From the IMG/VR virus record IMGVR_UViG_3300036885_000101, positions 1 through 57,822 of that record: DNA of 57,822 nucleotides; one strand, given 5' to 3'. The notes under the pieces were generated by a model. It saw only the letters and a program-made list of their open reading frames with translations, was not told where the DNA came from and did not search any database. Source of the stretch: a virus (taxonomy: Duplodnaviria > Caudoviricetes). Numbering within the stretch: the first letter of the stretch is position 1; each line of letters begins with the position of its first letter. Position numbers and translations under genes: made by a program. Below are positions 1 through 10,212 of the stretch, one piece after another.

Positions 1-127
1 GATTACGATACGAAAGTGCTTGAAGCCGATTCGAAGAAGCAGGGCTACAAAACGAAGGTAAAAAAGCCTTCCGAAAAAAAGGAGAATGGCAATGCCGCAA
101 AAAATCCTTCATAAGCTCATGGGAAGC
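1..127. repeat. Terminal direct repeat, left copy (circular assembly overlap)
   Basis: Bases 1-127 are identical to 57696-57822; 127 matches a common assembler k-mer. Confidence 0.97.
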
Positions 128-2119
128 GAAGTGCTTTCCGCTGACCCGAAAACGCTGACTGTCGAGCACTTCATATCAACGGAGAAGCAGGACGAAGACG
201 GCGACATCATGGATCCGGAGTCAATGACGCAGCGGGGTAAGGTTGTCGTCCTACAACAGCATGGTAAAGACCCGAAGCAGGGCAACGAGCCGATTGCAAA
301 GAACCTCGGAATACGCCCAGGCGTTCACCCGAAGAGCGGCAACCAGGGATTGATTGCCAAGACGCAGTTCTATGACGGTTCGCACCTAACGCCGCCGGAC
401 AATACCGGCAAGCGCCTCTATGAGAAATCGACGCAAGGCTTCATGCCGAATTGGTCGATAGGATGGCTCCCAGGCGAGAACAAGGGCGATAACAACCCGG
501 TCAAGGGCGGCATGTTGCGCAAGAACTGGCGTTTGCATGAGTACAGCCTTGTCGGGGTGGGCATGAACGATGAAGCAACATGCGCCGATGAGTACAAGTG
601 CAAATCATTCGGGATGACCAAAGAGCAATTCGACAATGCTTTTCCGAGCGGCCGATTGTTCACCGTTCGCCTTGAGGGAAAAGATGTGGAATTTCCTGAC
701 TTCAGGATTGACCTCGTTGATGGCAAGCTGAAAATACAGGAAAAGGACGCGCTCGGATTCTACGGCGAAAAGGACTTTCTGGACAGTACCGAAGAAGTCA
801 AGTTTGCCGTGGGCGCTGAAATGGTTTGCATTGGCGGGCAATGCGAACTTGTTGGAGAAGGTAAGCCTTTTCCGAATGAACATTCATGCCGTCTTTTACA
901 GCCAGTCAAGGACGCTTCGACACGCCGCAAGAATAGTGCGCAAAAGCATGAAGGCAAGTCCTATGACGTGATTTACCAGAAACAGAACGGGAAATGGGTT
1001 CAACAGGCGTACAGATACAGCAAGGACTCGTGGACTTCCGAACAAGCCGCCGCTCATTGCAAAAGCCATGATGGATCATTTACGGGCGCAAAGGAAATAG
1101 TCAAAGAGATGCCGACAGAGGCCAAGATTGCCCATAAGGTCATGCATATGGCGCACAAGGACATGATTGAGAAGATGAAGAAAGCCGCATGCACGAAGAC
1201 CGAAGGCAACACTTCCTCAATGGAAGACATGGGTAATGATGCGCTGAATGAATACCGCGGGCTTGTCGAGGATCACGTTGAAAAGTACATCAAATCTGTC
1301 CAGGCGAACAATGCCAACCCTGAATTCGACGAGGATGACCACGGCGTTGGCAAAGGTTTTGAGCATGCCCGCGTCAAGGTTCATCACGATGCTTTGAAAA
1401 CCGTTCATGCTGCCTTCATCAAAGAAATTCACGCATGCAAGGACAAGGCCGATTTGAATTCCCGTATTGCCGCAAAGGAATTGCTTGACCAGCATCACAA
1501 AGAAGCGTTGCCACATGCGGTTAAATTCATGACAGCATTCGGTGAAGTGAGAACCGAAAAAGGATTTTCAACGAAGTCTATCGAAGAAAAAACGGAAATG
1601 TCCATTGCCTGTCAGACTCTTCGAACTCTGTTTGATGGCGTTTTCATGGAGGCGTGCGAACAGGCATACGACAAGGAAAAGGACACTATTACCGAAGAGG
1701 AACTTGCAAAAGGTATTCTTGATGAATTCATAGAGCTTGCACTTCCTCCCCTTGCCGAATTCATGGACATCATACGAGGGCCTGACAACGACGGCGATGA
1801 GGATACCGAAGAGGAAGATACCGAGGATATGCTGACCAAGAAAGATGCGCAGGACTTTCTTGCAAAGAAAGATCACATCGAAATCAGCCTTGATCTCAAA
1901 GGCATGGAAGCGGTCATCAAAACGATAACCGATGAGCAACTTTCCGCAATGAATAAGCAGCTTGCCGAACTTTCAAAACAAAACGAACTTCAAGTAAAAT
2001 CGTTGTTTGATAAATTCCGTTTAACTTTCCCTTCGGGCGACAGGAGAACGAAAACGTCGGACGATGATATTTACCAGAAGGTAATAGAGGGCGTATCATT
2101 CAAAATAGGAACAAAATAA
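92..2119 (+). CDS. HK97-type prohead protease with long helical/acidic C-terminal extension
   Basis: ISTEKQDEDGDIM, LQQH, WSIG, LHEYSLVGVGMNDEA motifs; GGAGA RBS favours ATG 92; directly upstream of the capsid gene. Confidence 0.88.
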   Translation: MPQKILHKLMGSEVLSADPKTLTVEHFISTEKQDEDGDIMDPESMTQRGKVVVLQQHGKDPKQGNEPIAKNLGIRPGVHPKSGNQGLIAKTQFYDGSHLTPPDNTGKRLYEKSTQGFMPNWSIGWLPGENKGDNNPVKGGMLRKNWRLHEYSLVGVGMNDEATCADEYKCKSFGMTKEQFDNAFPSGRLFTVRLEGKDVEFPDFRIDLVDGKLKIQEKDALGFYGEKDFLDSTEEVKFAVGAEMVCIGGQCELVGEGKPFPNEHSCRLLQPVKDASTRRKNSAQKHEGKSYDVIYQKQNGKWVQQAYRYSKDSWTSEQAAAHCKSHDGSFTGAKEIVKEMPTEAKIAHKVMHMAHKDMIEKMKKAACTKTEGNTSSMEDMGNDALNEYRGLVEDHVEKYIKSVQANNANPEFDEDDHGVGKGFEHARVKVHHDALKTVHAAFIKEIHACKDKADLNSRIAAKELLDQHHKEALPHAVKFMTAFGEVRTEKGFSTKSIEEKTEMSIACQTLRTLFDGVFMEACEQAYDKEKDTITEEELAKGILDEFIELALPPLAEFMDIIRGPDNDGDEDTEEEDTEDMLTKKDAQDFLAKKDHIEISLDLKGMEAVIKTITDEQLSAMNKQLAELSKQNELQVKSLFDKFRLTFPSGDRRTKTSDDDIYQKVIEGVSFKIGTK

Positions 2120-2120
2120 T

Positions 2121-3461
2121 ATGGAGCTCAAAGAATTCCAGGAAACCCTGACAAAGTGGCAGGGTGATATCCAGACTCAGGTCAACACGTTGCTCAAAGA
2201 GTCCGGCGACAAAGCCGATGGAGCGCGTAAAGTTCTGGAAACGGAACTCGACACCGTAAAGAAAACGCTAAACAGCGTCAACGAACAGCTCAAGACCATT
2301 TCGGCGCGGCATGTGCCGGGTCTGGACAAAGAGCTGGAAAAGCATCCCTTTGACTTCGGCATGCTTGCCAAAGCCATGTGCAATATCAAGTACGATATGC
2401 CGGGCGACCCGTGGGCGGAAGCCGGTCCCGAAAAAGAGATGATGGACCAGTCCATGAAACTGCGCGGCAAGGCTAACGAAGCCACGTCCGGCGCGGGCGG
2501 TGGATACCTGATTCCCGATGAAGTGACTAACAATTTCATCGACATGATCGTAGTGAACATGCCCCTTGCTGATCTTGGCATGAATATTGTCAAAGGTCTT
2601 GTCGGAGAACTTCCCGTTCCTCGCAAAACGGCGCGTACCGCAGGCTACATGGTCGGTGAAAACGGCAAACCGCCGGAAAGCTCCGTCACATACGGGGAAA
2701 TCACCCTTCGACCCAAGAAGGCAGCGGCGTTCAGCAAGCAGTCGAATCGCCTGATCTATCAGAGCCGTGGGGTTTCTGACAAGATCATACGCGATGACCT
2801 CCAGTACATCCTTCGGCGCACGATTGAGCAGCAGGCCATGACCGGAGCAGGTGCAGGCAAGCAGGCCAAGGGCCTGTACCAGTTCACGAGCGGTATGACT
2901 CCTTCCAGTGTCGCTCTTGCGGGAACAGGAACGGCGTTGACGACAGGTGGCGGACGCTTCAAGATCGACGATGCCAACCTGATGATGGACGACATCGAAA
3001 GTGCCGATGAAGCCTCAACACCGGGCGCAAAGATGGGCTTCCTTATGCATCCGCGCGTTAAGAATGGCATGAAACGCGAGCGCGTGCAGTTCTACAGCGG
3101 ACAAGCCGCAAGCGCTGGCATGCCTATTCTGCCAATGAATCTGCTCATGACCGATAAAGTTCTGAGCGACCAGCTTGGCCAGAAAATCGCATGCACGACA
3201 CTCGTTCCGTTTAACGAAACGGTAGGAACGTCCACGACGTGCTCCCGCGTGACATATGGAAACTGGGATTTGTTCTGGATGGGTATGTGGCGTGACCTTG
3301 TAATCAAGGTTTCCGACGTTGCCAGTGACGGTTCCACGGGTTCCGCGTTCCTGGATGATCAGATTTACATTGTCCTCTTTCAGGAATTCGACACGGCGCT
3401 CATGAGGGAAACCGCGATGACGCAGGCGACCGGTGCAGAAACGACAAAAGCGAACTGGTAA
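2121..3461 (+). CDS. Major capsid protein, HK97 fold, with N-terminal coiled-coil delta domain
   Basis: GGYLIPDE, VGENGKPPES..YGEITLRPKKAAA..SNRLI and YGNW motifs. Confidence 0.95.
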   Translation: MELKEFQETLTKWQGDIQTQVNTLLKESGDKADGARKVLETELDTVKKTLNSVNEQLKTISARHVPGLDKELEKHPFDFGMLAKAMCNIKYDMPGDPWAEAGPEKEMMDQSMKLRGKANEATSGAGGGYLIPDEVTNNFIDMIVVNMPLADLGMNIVKGLVGELPVPRKTARTAGYMVGENGKPPESSVTYGEITLRPKKAAAFSKQSNRLIYQSRGVSDKIIRDDLQYILRRTIEQQAMTGAGAGKQAKGLYQFTSGMTPSSVALAGTGTALTTGGGRFKIDDANLMMDDIESADEASTPGAKMGFLMHPRVKNGMKRERVQFYSGQAASAGMPILPMNLLMTDKVLSDQLGQKIACTTLVPFNETVGTSTTCSRVTYGNWDLFWMGMWRDLVIKVSDVASDGSTGSAFLDDQIYIVLFQEFDTALMRETAMTQATGAETTKANW

Positions 3462-3510
3462 AGACCGGTTCAAAAACTGAGGGCTATCAGTTTCAAAAGG
3501 AAAAAGTAAT

Positions 3511-3972
3511 ATGTCCAGAATACAGGAAGTTGTAGAAAGCACGCTGGTCAAGGACATGCATCCGCCGGTAGTTCTTACCGGTGTGACGGCAACCTTCGGC
3601 CAGTCCATCGATACGCAGGGTTTTGACAGTGCGGTCGTCAAGCTCAGCGTGAACACCTTTTCGGCTCCCGCGACGTTGAGCGCGATCCTTTACGAGGACT
3701 CTACGGATCAGGGCGACCTGACGAAGGTTCCCGTGACGCTTGCGAATCTCGGCGTTATTACCGGTAGCGGTGCGAACCAGATCAAAATTGGCGGTATCGC
3801 AACCAAGAACTACAAGCGATATCTGTCGCTTCGCATACAGGCAGGACAATCGAATGGCGCGAACCCGACAATCGGAATTTCCGCGACGATGATCCTCGGA
3901 AAGGCTGAAAAGGAAATCGTGGCGAATTCGCCGGTGTTCAAACTTATTGATGACGGCATCAATAAGGCATAG
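3511..3972 (+). CDS. Probable capsid decoration/cement protein
   Basis: Follows the capsid gene; beta-rich, SIDTQGFDS..KRYLSL pattern. Confidence 0.6.
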   Translation: MSRIQEVVESTLVKDMHPPVVLTGVTATFGQSIDTQGFDSAVVKLSVNTFSAPATLSAILYEDSTDQGDLTKVPVTLANLGVITGSGANQIKIGGIATKNYKRYLSLRIQAGQSNGANPTIGISATMILGKAEKEIVANSPVFKLIDDGINKA

Positions 3973-3990
3973 TTTTTCACATTAACAGGG

Positions 3991-4018
3991 GTGCGGGTGT
4001 CAAAGCCCGCATCTCTTT
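3991..4018 (+). terminator. Putative intrinsic terminator after the head genes
   Basis: GTGCGGG-tgtcaaag-CCCGCAT stem followed by ctcttt. Confidence 0.55.
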
Positions 4019-4031
4019 AAAAAAGGGAAAT

Positions 4032-4877
4032 ATGCTGCTATCAAGTTACAATCGACTTCTCCGGTATTGTGGCGCGGATGACATCTTGACTGACAACGCG
4101 AACAATCGCCGCCAGCTTATGACATGGCTCCCTGCCGTATCAAAAAATATTGAGAATTGGCTCAATCGTGGAATTCAATATCAGACTACCTTCACGGAGT
4201 ATTTTGATGTGGGCTTCCACAAGAACGAATTCTATCCGAAATATATTCCCTTGATAAATATAACGGACGTGTATGTTGATTTCCTTGGTATGTGGGATGG
4301 GAGAGAGTCACAATTATCAAGTATAAGTTATCATCCTGGATTGAACGGAAATTCACTTGTGCTTATATTTGCGCGACCGTTTGAGACGAAAAAGGGATTG
4401 CGCCTTCGGTATGACGGTGGGCTTGCCCTTGATGCGGTGCAATCCGTCTATGTTGTTATGGAAACAGGCGGGCCTTTCACGCCTGGGAAATTTGTCCATG
4501 GCGAAACGTCGGATGCTGTCGGAATGACCGTTGCGGATACCGGGACATCAATGACAATAGAAGTTTTGTATGGTGCTTTTACAATAGGGGAAACCGTCAC
4601 CGAATGGGATACTGAAACCGGGCCTGGGAATTCTTCCGCAACTGCTGTTTTAGTATCGGCAACGAGCCTATCCCTTGCCGAATCATACCCGGAAATCGTG
4701 AACGCCGTTGAACTGCAAATCCGGTACATGAAAAAGAACAAAGACCGCTTCGAGCAACAGACAATCGGCAAGGACGGCACATCGAATCGGCGCGTAGGAT
4801 ACCGGGGCATGAACGACAACGAACTTCAGCCGGAAGTCAAAATGATGCTTGGATATTTGAGAAGGATTGCGATATGA
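4032..4877 (+). CDS. Head-tail connector/adaptor with inserted beta domain
   Basis: Position; IENWLNR..TEYFD and LQPEVKMMLGYLRR ends typical of adaptors. Confidence 0.7.
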   Translation: MLLSSYNRLLRYCGADDILTDNANNRRQLMTWLPAVSKNIENWLNRGIQYQTTFTEYFDVGFHKNEFYPKYIPLINITDVYVDFLGMWDGRESQLSSISYHPGLNGNSLVLIFARPFETKKGLRLRYDGGLALDAVQSVYVVMETGGPFTPGKFVHGETSDAVGMTVADTGTSMTIEVLYGAFTIGETVTEWDTETGPGNSSATAVLVSATSLSLAESYPEIVNAVELQIRYMKKNKDRFEQQTIGKDGTSNRRVGYRGMNDNELQPEVKMMLGYLRRIAI

Positions 4878-5353
4878 AAATCACCTGGACCTTTTCAAAC
4901 GTGCAAGATACCGTTGCAAAGATGGGGGTGAAGCGGGATAAGATTCTTGCGGCATCAAGGCGCGGGCTTATTCAAGGAATGCGTTTATTTGAGTCAAAAA
5001 TTCTTGTTGAACAAATGAGCGGACCTAAAACAAGTCCTACTACTCTCGCAGTTCGGCATGGTTCTGGTGGATTAAGAAGTAGTTGGACAATTAAACCAAA
5101 TGATACCAGTTTTGGCGGAATAACAATTGTAAAGCTAGCAACAAGGCAAACATACGCCGCCGTTCATCAGTTTGGTTCTCGTGATTGGGACGGGACTTTC
5201 GGGCCACATCCGCGAGTCAAGCGACAAGTAGGCGCTCCGAAGCGGCACAACATCCCGAAGCGCCTGCACATATACGAGGACTTTCAATCCAGTGGCCCGG
5301 CGATGCTTGGCCGCGCTGTTCGTGATGAAGTGGCAATGTTAGGCAACTTGTAG
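4874..5353 (+). CDS. Virion morphogenesis / tail completion protein (Mu gpG / HK97 gp10-like)
   Basis: GGLRSSW..YAAVHQFG..IPKR motif. Confidence 0.75.
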   Translation: MKITWTFSNVQDTVAKMGVKRDKILAASRRGLIQGMRLFESKILVEQMSGPKTSPTTLAVRHGSGGLRSSWTIKPNDTSFGGITIVKLATRQTYAAVHQFGSRDWDGTFGPHPRVKRQVGAPKRHNIPKRLHIYEDFQSSGPAMLGRAVRDEVAMLGNL

Positions 5354-5369
5354 AAAAGGATTCGAGGGC

Positions 5370-6053
5370 ATGGAAAAGAAGAAGATAGTAAGTTTTTCGC
5401 TTTGGGGAAGCAACGAAGGATACTGTCAAGGCGCAATAGAAAACGCCGAACTTGCGCCGAAGATATATCCCGGCTGGACTTGCCGCTTTTATGTTGATCC
5501 GATTGTTCCACGTGAAACAGTCACACGCCTTTTCGATCTTGGTGCTGAGATAGTTTACAGAGAAGAGTCAATCGACAATCTCGGACTATACTGGCGCTTC
5601 GGTCCAATGTTCGATGACAAAATGGTTGACCGCTTCATCGTACGCGATACCGATTCCCGGTTGAACGTCAGGGAAGCGCAAGCAGTGAAAGAGTGGGAAG
5701 ACTCCGGTATGCTCTTCCATATCATCCGCGATAATAACGAGCACAATATCAAAATCCTTGGCGGCACCTGGGGATCAAAAGCAGGGATCATTCCACATTT
5801 TAAGATGCTCATGGATTCGTGGATTTCAGGAATTCAGCCTGATAGCAGAAACCCACGCGGGATATACCACGGCACGGATCAGATTTTCCTTTCGACAATT
5901 ATCTGGCCGTTCATTGAAAATTGCCATATCGCACATGATAATTATTTCAAGTTCACTGGCAGAGAAAAGCCGTTGACTGTGAAGTTGAAGCGCGATGGAT
6001 ACGTGGGCATGGTGTTCGCGGAAAAAGACCGCGATAGAACATTACCACTTTAA
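5370..6053 (+). CDS. Glycosyltransferase-like protein (GT-A fold)
   Basis: IVSFSLWG, YPGWTCRFYVD, WRF, IVRDTDSR (DxD), GGTWG and DQIFL motifs. Confidence 0.7.
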   Translation: MEKKKIVSFSLWGSNEGYCQGAIENAELAPKIYPGWTCRFYVDPIVPRETVTRLFDLGAEIVYREESIDNLGLYWRFGPMFDDKMVDRFIVRDTDSRLNVREAQAVKEWEDSGMLFHIIRDNNEHNIKILGGTWGSKAGIIPHFKMLMDSWISGIQPDSRNPRGIYHGTDQIFLSTIIWPFIENCHIAHDNYFKFTGREKPLTVKLKRDGYVGMVFAEKDRDRTLPL

Positions 6054-6068
6054 ATAGAAGGATTTATT

Positions 6069-6362
6069 ATGCCTCTTAACATTTCAAAAATGGGATACTA
6101 CAACGATTTGGCTAAATTCATGTTACCGATAGGGTCAAGAAAATCAATAGCTGTAGATATAAGCAGTACTGATTTTCCCTTGACCACTCCGTGCAGGTAT
6201 CTGACGGCGGCAACGGGGACCGTAATATATGTTGACATAACGTCAGAGGAAGGTCTTGACGCGAATGTCCCTATCACGGTTGGAGTGCCTTGTATAAACA
6301 TTACCAAAATATACAAGGCCGGAACAGATTGTACGGGTATTCGTGCGTGGCCGGTTGATTAA
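6069..6362 (+). CDS. Probable head-spike base protein (RcGTA Rcc01079-like)
   Basis: 97 aa with pattern AVDISSTD..CRYL..GTVIYVD..VP..G..I.KIYKAGT..TGI.A, recognised by eye. Confidence 0.55.
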   Translation: MPLNISKMGYYNDLAKFMLPIGSRKSIAVDISSTDFPLTTPCRYLTAATGTVIYVDITSEEGLDANVPITVGVPCINITKIYKAGTDCTGIRAWPVD

Positions 6363-6382
6363 CGAACAATAAAGAGGGCAAG

Positions 6383-7120
6383 ATGTACGATAAAATATGG
6401 TTGATGGTCCCGACGTACAAGCGGGTCGAATGGATAAAACGATTCATTGATTCGGCTATCGAAATGGCGGAAAAACCGGAACAGATTGCCTTTTGCTTTT
6501 GCGTGAACCATAAGGATAAAGTTACTCAGGAATTTGTTGATGATTTTTGCAGTAATAAATGGAGAGATTCTTTTTTTATTATCGAAAAATCAATTCAGCC
6601 GAATCTTTCCTTGTATTTCAACATGATGTATGATTCGGTTACCGAAGAGCAGGGCGATTGCATTGTCTCCATGCTTGGCGATGACATGGTTTTTGAAACC
6701 AAAGGATACGATACTCGCATTCTTGACGAAATCAACAAGTCTGACGGAATCGGCGTTTTCTGGTGCGATGATGGATATATCGCGCATGAAAAATGCAGCG
6801 TCAATCTTTTCGTGACAAAGAAATTTGTCGATATTACCGGGAAACCGTTTATGTGTCCATATTATAAAGCGGATATGATAGATGCGGTTTGGTGGTTGAT
6901 CGGACAACAGACACAAACGGCTCACTATCTCAGCGATGTAACAATCAAGCACCTTCACAATACGTCTTTGAAAGATGGGTACGATCCAACTTTCCAACGC
7001 CTTGTACCTTTGCAGAAGTCGGCAAATGCGCCGGACAAGCAGAGGATAGGATATGTTTACGCGACGGCGGTATCAGGCAACATCATTTCAAGCGGGTACG
7101 GAAAATGGAATCAGATATAA
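6383..7120 (+). CDS. Glycosyltransferase family 2-like
   Basis: LMVPTYKR start, MLGDDM acidic motif, IKHLH. Confidence 0.75.
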   Translation: MYDKIWLMVPTYKRVEWIKRFIDSAIEMAEKPEQIAFCFCVNHKDKVTQEFVDDFCSNKWRDSFFIIEKSIQPNLSLYFNMMYDSVTEEQGDCIVSMLGDDMVFETKGYDTRILDEINKSDGIGVFWCDDGYIAHEKCSVNLFVTKKFVDITGKPFMCPYYKADMIDAVWWLIGQQTQTAHYLSDVTIKHLHNTSLKDGYDPTFQRLVPLQKSANAPDKQRIGYVYATAVSGNIISSGYGKWNQI

Positions 7121-7677
7121 TTCTTACAATTCTTATTTGCACAATACAAGCGCGAGAAAAGAAGCTCCGTCGATTGCTTGATATTCTAATACCTCAGATT
7201 GATTCGTCCGTTAGCCTTGTCATGAATGCCGATGACAACATGACCGTAGGGGAAAAAAGAAACAGGCTTGTAGGTGGAGCTGCGGGAAAATACGTTTGCT
7301 TTGTCGATGACGATGATTTGGTCAGTAATGATTATGTCAAGAAAATAACCGATGCGATTAAAAGCGGGTATCCTGATTGCGTCGGAATCCAAGGAATAAT
7401 GCTTACAAATTCAAATTGCCCGCGCCGGTTCTTTCATACGATTGAGGTCAATAACTGGTATACGAACGGTTCAGAATATTACCGGACACCAAATCACCTT
7501 AACCCGATAAAAAAAGAAATCGTGCAAAAAGTACAATTCAATTCGTTCAAAAGCTTCTGGGAGGATTTGGAATTCTCTTCATCGATAAAGCACCTATTGA
7601 AAACAGAGGTAATGATTGATGACCCCGTTTATTATTACCTTTACAATATGAAACCGAATGAGGTTATGTTCGCATGA
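7105..7677 (+). CDS. Glycosyltransferase family 2
   Basis: LTILICT..R, GEKRNRL..AAGKYVCFVDDDD, WED; start moved to ATG 7105. Confidence 0.85.
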   Translation: MESDIILTILICTIQAREKKLRRLLDILIPQIDSSVSLVMNADDNMTVGEKRNRLVGGAAGKYVCFVDDDDLVSNDYVKKITDAIKSGYPDCVGIQGIMLTNSNCPRRFFHTIEVNNWYTNGSEYYRTPNHLNPIKKEIVQKVQFNSFKSFWEDLEFSSSIKHLLKTEVMIDDPVYYYLYNMKPNEVMFA

Positions 7678-8765
7678 GATTTTTTAGCATCGATCAACAT
7701 ATTTCGGTAATCGCCGACTTGAAAAACATCTTTGGCAAGCTCGGTCATACCATTGACGATGTCTGCCTCAGTGGTCATGCCGCAATTATGGGGCGCAAGA
7801 TTGATAGTATACCAATTCTTGACGGGAACAATTGGTGTGGATTCGTGCAGCAGAGGAAATGGGATGAATTCTTTCAGGCGTATCCTGACTTGGATGAAAA
7901 ATACGACGGGTTCATTTGCTGCTATCCACCTATATTTTCATACCTTTACAAAAGATTCAAAAAGCCTATCATCATAGATATTCCTATCAGGTACGAATAT
8001 CCTTGTCAGTCGAGCGCCGAAGATTGGAATAATTTCAACCAGTATTTGCAGGAAGGCGTTGACTCAAAACGGATTTACCTTGTTGCTAATTCTATCTACG
8101 AAAAAGAATATACTAAACTATTTCTTGATCGTGAAGTGCGATACATTCCGAGCCTTTGCTTGTATACCGGGATGAAATATGATCCTAAAAGGAATGAGTT
8201 TCTATACCGTGCTGCAAAGCCTTTTTCTGAATTGAACAATACCAATTTCAAATTGAAAAATCAGGTATTGGCTTTCGGTCATCCCTGGCAGGCCGTCGCG
8301 GAATATTCCGGCGTTGTTCACTTCCCGTACAATGTTTCAACCATGTCAACATTCGAAGAATATTCTGCAAATATTCCTCTGTTTGTTCCGTCCCTTGATT
8401 TCACAATGAAACTTTATTCAAAGGGCCTTGCATATCGCATGCTTGAACAAATTTCGTGGGCAGGAACATTTGGCCGCGAGTCCGGTTCGGTTATACCGGT
8501 GAAGCCTGGAATGCCGGACCCGAATGATTTCAAGAACGTGGAAGCCGTTCGATATTGGATGCAGTTTTCAGACTATTACAACGAAACAGCAATGCCGCAT
8601 ATCGTTCATTTTGATTCATTCGATGATTTGCATGATAAGGCTATGCATCTTGATCTTGATGCAATAAGCGATAAAATGAAAGCAACGAATTTCATACGGC
8701 AAGAAAAGACAATTGAATCATGGAGAACCCTACTCGAAACGGTAAAAAATGATCACAGGTTGTAA
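7674..8765 (+). CDS. Putative glycosyltransferase (GT-B-like) / glycan-cluster protein
   Basis: Inside the GT cluster; VVHFPYNVSTMSTFEEYSANIPLFVPS resembles a GT-B donor-binding segment. Confidence 0.55.
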   Translation: MRFFSIDQHISVIADLKNIFGKLGHTIDDVCLSGHAAIMGRKIDSIPILDGNNWCGFVQQRKWDEFFQAYPDLDEKYDGFICCYPPIFSYLYKRFKKPIIIDIPIRYEYPCQSSAEDWNNFNQYLQEGVDSKRIYLVANSIYEKEYTKLFLDREVRYIPSLCLYTGMKYDPKRNEFLYRAAKPFSELNNTNFKLKNQVLAFGHPWQAVAEYSGVVHFPYNVSTMSTFEEYSANIPLFVPSLDFTMKLYSKGLAYRMLEQISWAGTFGRESGSVIPVKPGMPDPNDFKNVEAVRYWMQFSDYYNETAMPHIVHFDSFDDLHDKAMHLDLDAISDKMKATNFIRQEKTIESWRTLLETVKNDHRL

Positions 8766-10212
8766 CTGGGAAGATTGCCCCGAAATATATACCGATGGAA
8801 ATAAGGCTCTTGCCTTTGCAAAATCTATTCCCGAAGCCGTCTATCCCGAGAAAACTAACTTTCATTTTTGTTGGCGCGTGCCGCTTGAATTCGGACGGAA
8901 ACAAGTCCTTGCGCTGAAATCGTGCATTACGACGCAAAACCTTGAAAATGTCAATATCATCATGTGGAGCAATGTCGATCTTTCTCGCAATGAGTGGATA
9001 CAACCCATTGCGCGGCACATTGAACTTCGTATCTGGGACCCGGTGAAGGAAGCCGAAGGAACGCCGCTGGAGGGCTTGCGCTTGCTCACAAAGGACGACG
9101 AACATCACTGGCTTGGTGGCGATCTGTTCCGCTTGCTTGTTCTCTACAAATACGGCGGCGTGTATGCGGATCAGGATGTTGTTTTTCTTCGTGACTTTGC
9201 GCCTTTACTTGGTCATGAATTCATGTATCAATGGGGGACGGAAACGCCGACATCGCCACAAAATGCAAAGATAAACGGTGCGGTCATGCGGATGTTCAAG
9301 CAGAGTAAATTGGCAACCGACCTTATAACCACATTGCCAAAAATGCCCGCCGGTTTCGATAGCACAGATTGGAGCGCAACGCTTTATGGAGAAGTTAGAA
9401 AGATAAATAAGAACTGGACAATTTTTCCATGTGCTTTTTTTAATCCTGAGTGGCAGTTGTTTATTAATATGGGTGAGTCTGCCCATCCATTTCGTTGTGG
9501 CATCGAAAGTAGCATGGATTTTGACGGGTGTTTTTCTTGGCATTGGCACAATAAATGGACTTCTCCAATTGAGGAGGGTTCGAAATTTCAACGCCTTGAA
9601 GCTAAAGTCAATGAAAAATACGAACACGAATTCAACTACATGACCGACAAAAATAAACGGTATCTCGGCGGCAACTTCGGCGGTGGTGATCCGGGGACAT
9701 TTTACCCTGCACTATGGCACTGGCTTATTGATACGTATAAGGTAAAAACACTGCTTGATGTCGGATGTGCTGAAGCACATTCTACGCAATGGTTTCAAAC
9801 GCATGGAATAGAGTCTATCGGAATCGACGGACTTGAACAGAATATAGACAACGGCCTTGCCAGAGGTGCAAAGAATCTTTTCTTGTGTGATTTGACAACT
9901 TCATCTTTTAAAACAGCTTCCACTGTTGATATGATTTGGTGCTGTGAGGTTGTTGAACATATAGAAGAAAAATTCATAGGCAATCTTTTTGATACATTCA
10001 AGAATGCAAATATAATCGTCATGACTTTTGGGAAACCGGGACAAACAGGATGGCATCATGTGAATTGCCAACCGAAAGAATATTGGATTGAGAAAATGAA
10101 TGGCAATGGCTTTGACTTCCTTGAAACAGATACAAAAATATCCAGTGAACTTGTTCCAGCGCTTTCTCACTATGGAAAAACAGGACTGATATTCAGAAGG
10201 AAAGAAAAATAA
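8749..10212 (+). CDS. GT32-like (DxD) glycosyltransferase fused to a class I SAM methyltransferase
   Basis: DLFRLLVLYKYGGVYADQD in the N-terminal half; LLDVGCAE and CCEVVEHI in the C-terminal half. Confidence 0.85.
   Translation: MITGCNWEDCPEIYTDGNKALAFAKSIPEAVYPEKTNFHFCWRVPLEFGRKQVLALKSCITTQNLENVNIIMWSNVDLSRNEWIQPIARHIELRIWDPVKEAEGTPLEGLRLLTKDDEHHWLGGDLFRLLVLYKYGGVYADQDVVFLRDFAPLLGHEFMYQWGTETPTSPQNAKINGAVMRMFKQSKLATDLITTLPKMPAGFDSTDWSATLYGEVRKINKNWTIFPCAFFNPEWQLFINMGESAHPFRCGIESSMDFDGCFSWHWHNKWTSPIEEGSKFQRLEAKVNEKYEHEFNYMTDKNKRYLGGNFGGGDPGTFYPALWHWLIDTYKVKTLLDVGCAEAHSTQWFQTHGIESIGIDGLEQNIDNGLARGAKNLFLCDLTTSSFKTASTVDMIWCCEVVEHIEEKFIGNLFDTFKNANIIVMTFGKPGQTGWHHVNCQPKEYWIEKMNGNGFDFLETDTKISSELVPALSHYGKTGLIFRRKEK

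Noticed and set aside
1-127. Biological terminal repeat
   Set aside because: Exactly 127 bp and cuts through genes; best explained as assembler overlap
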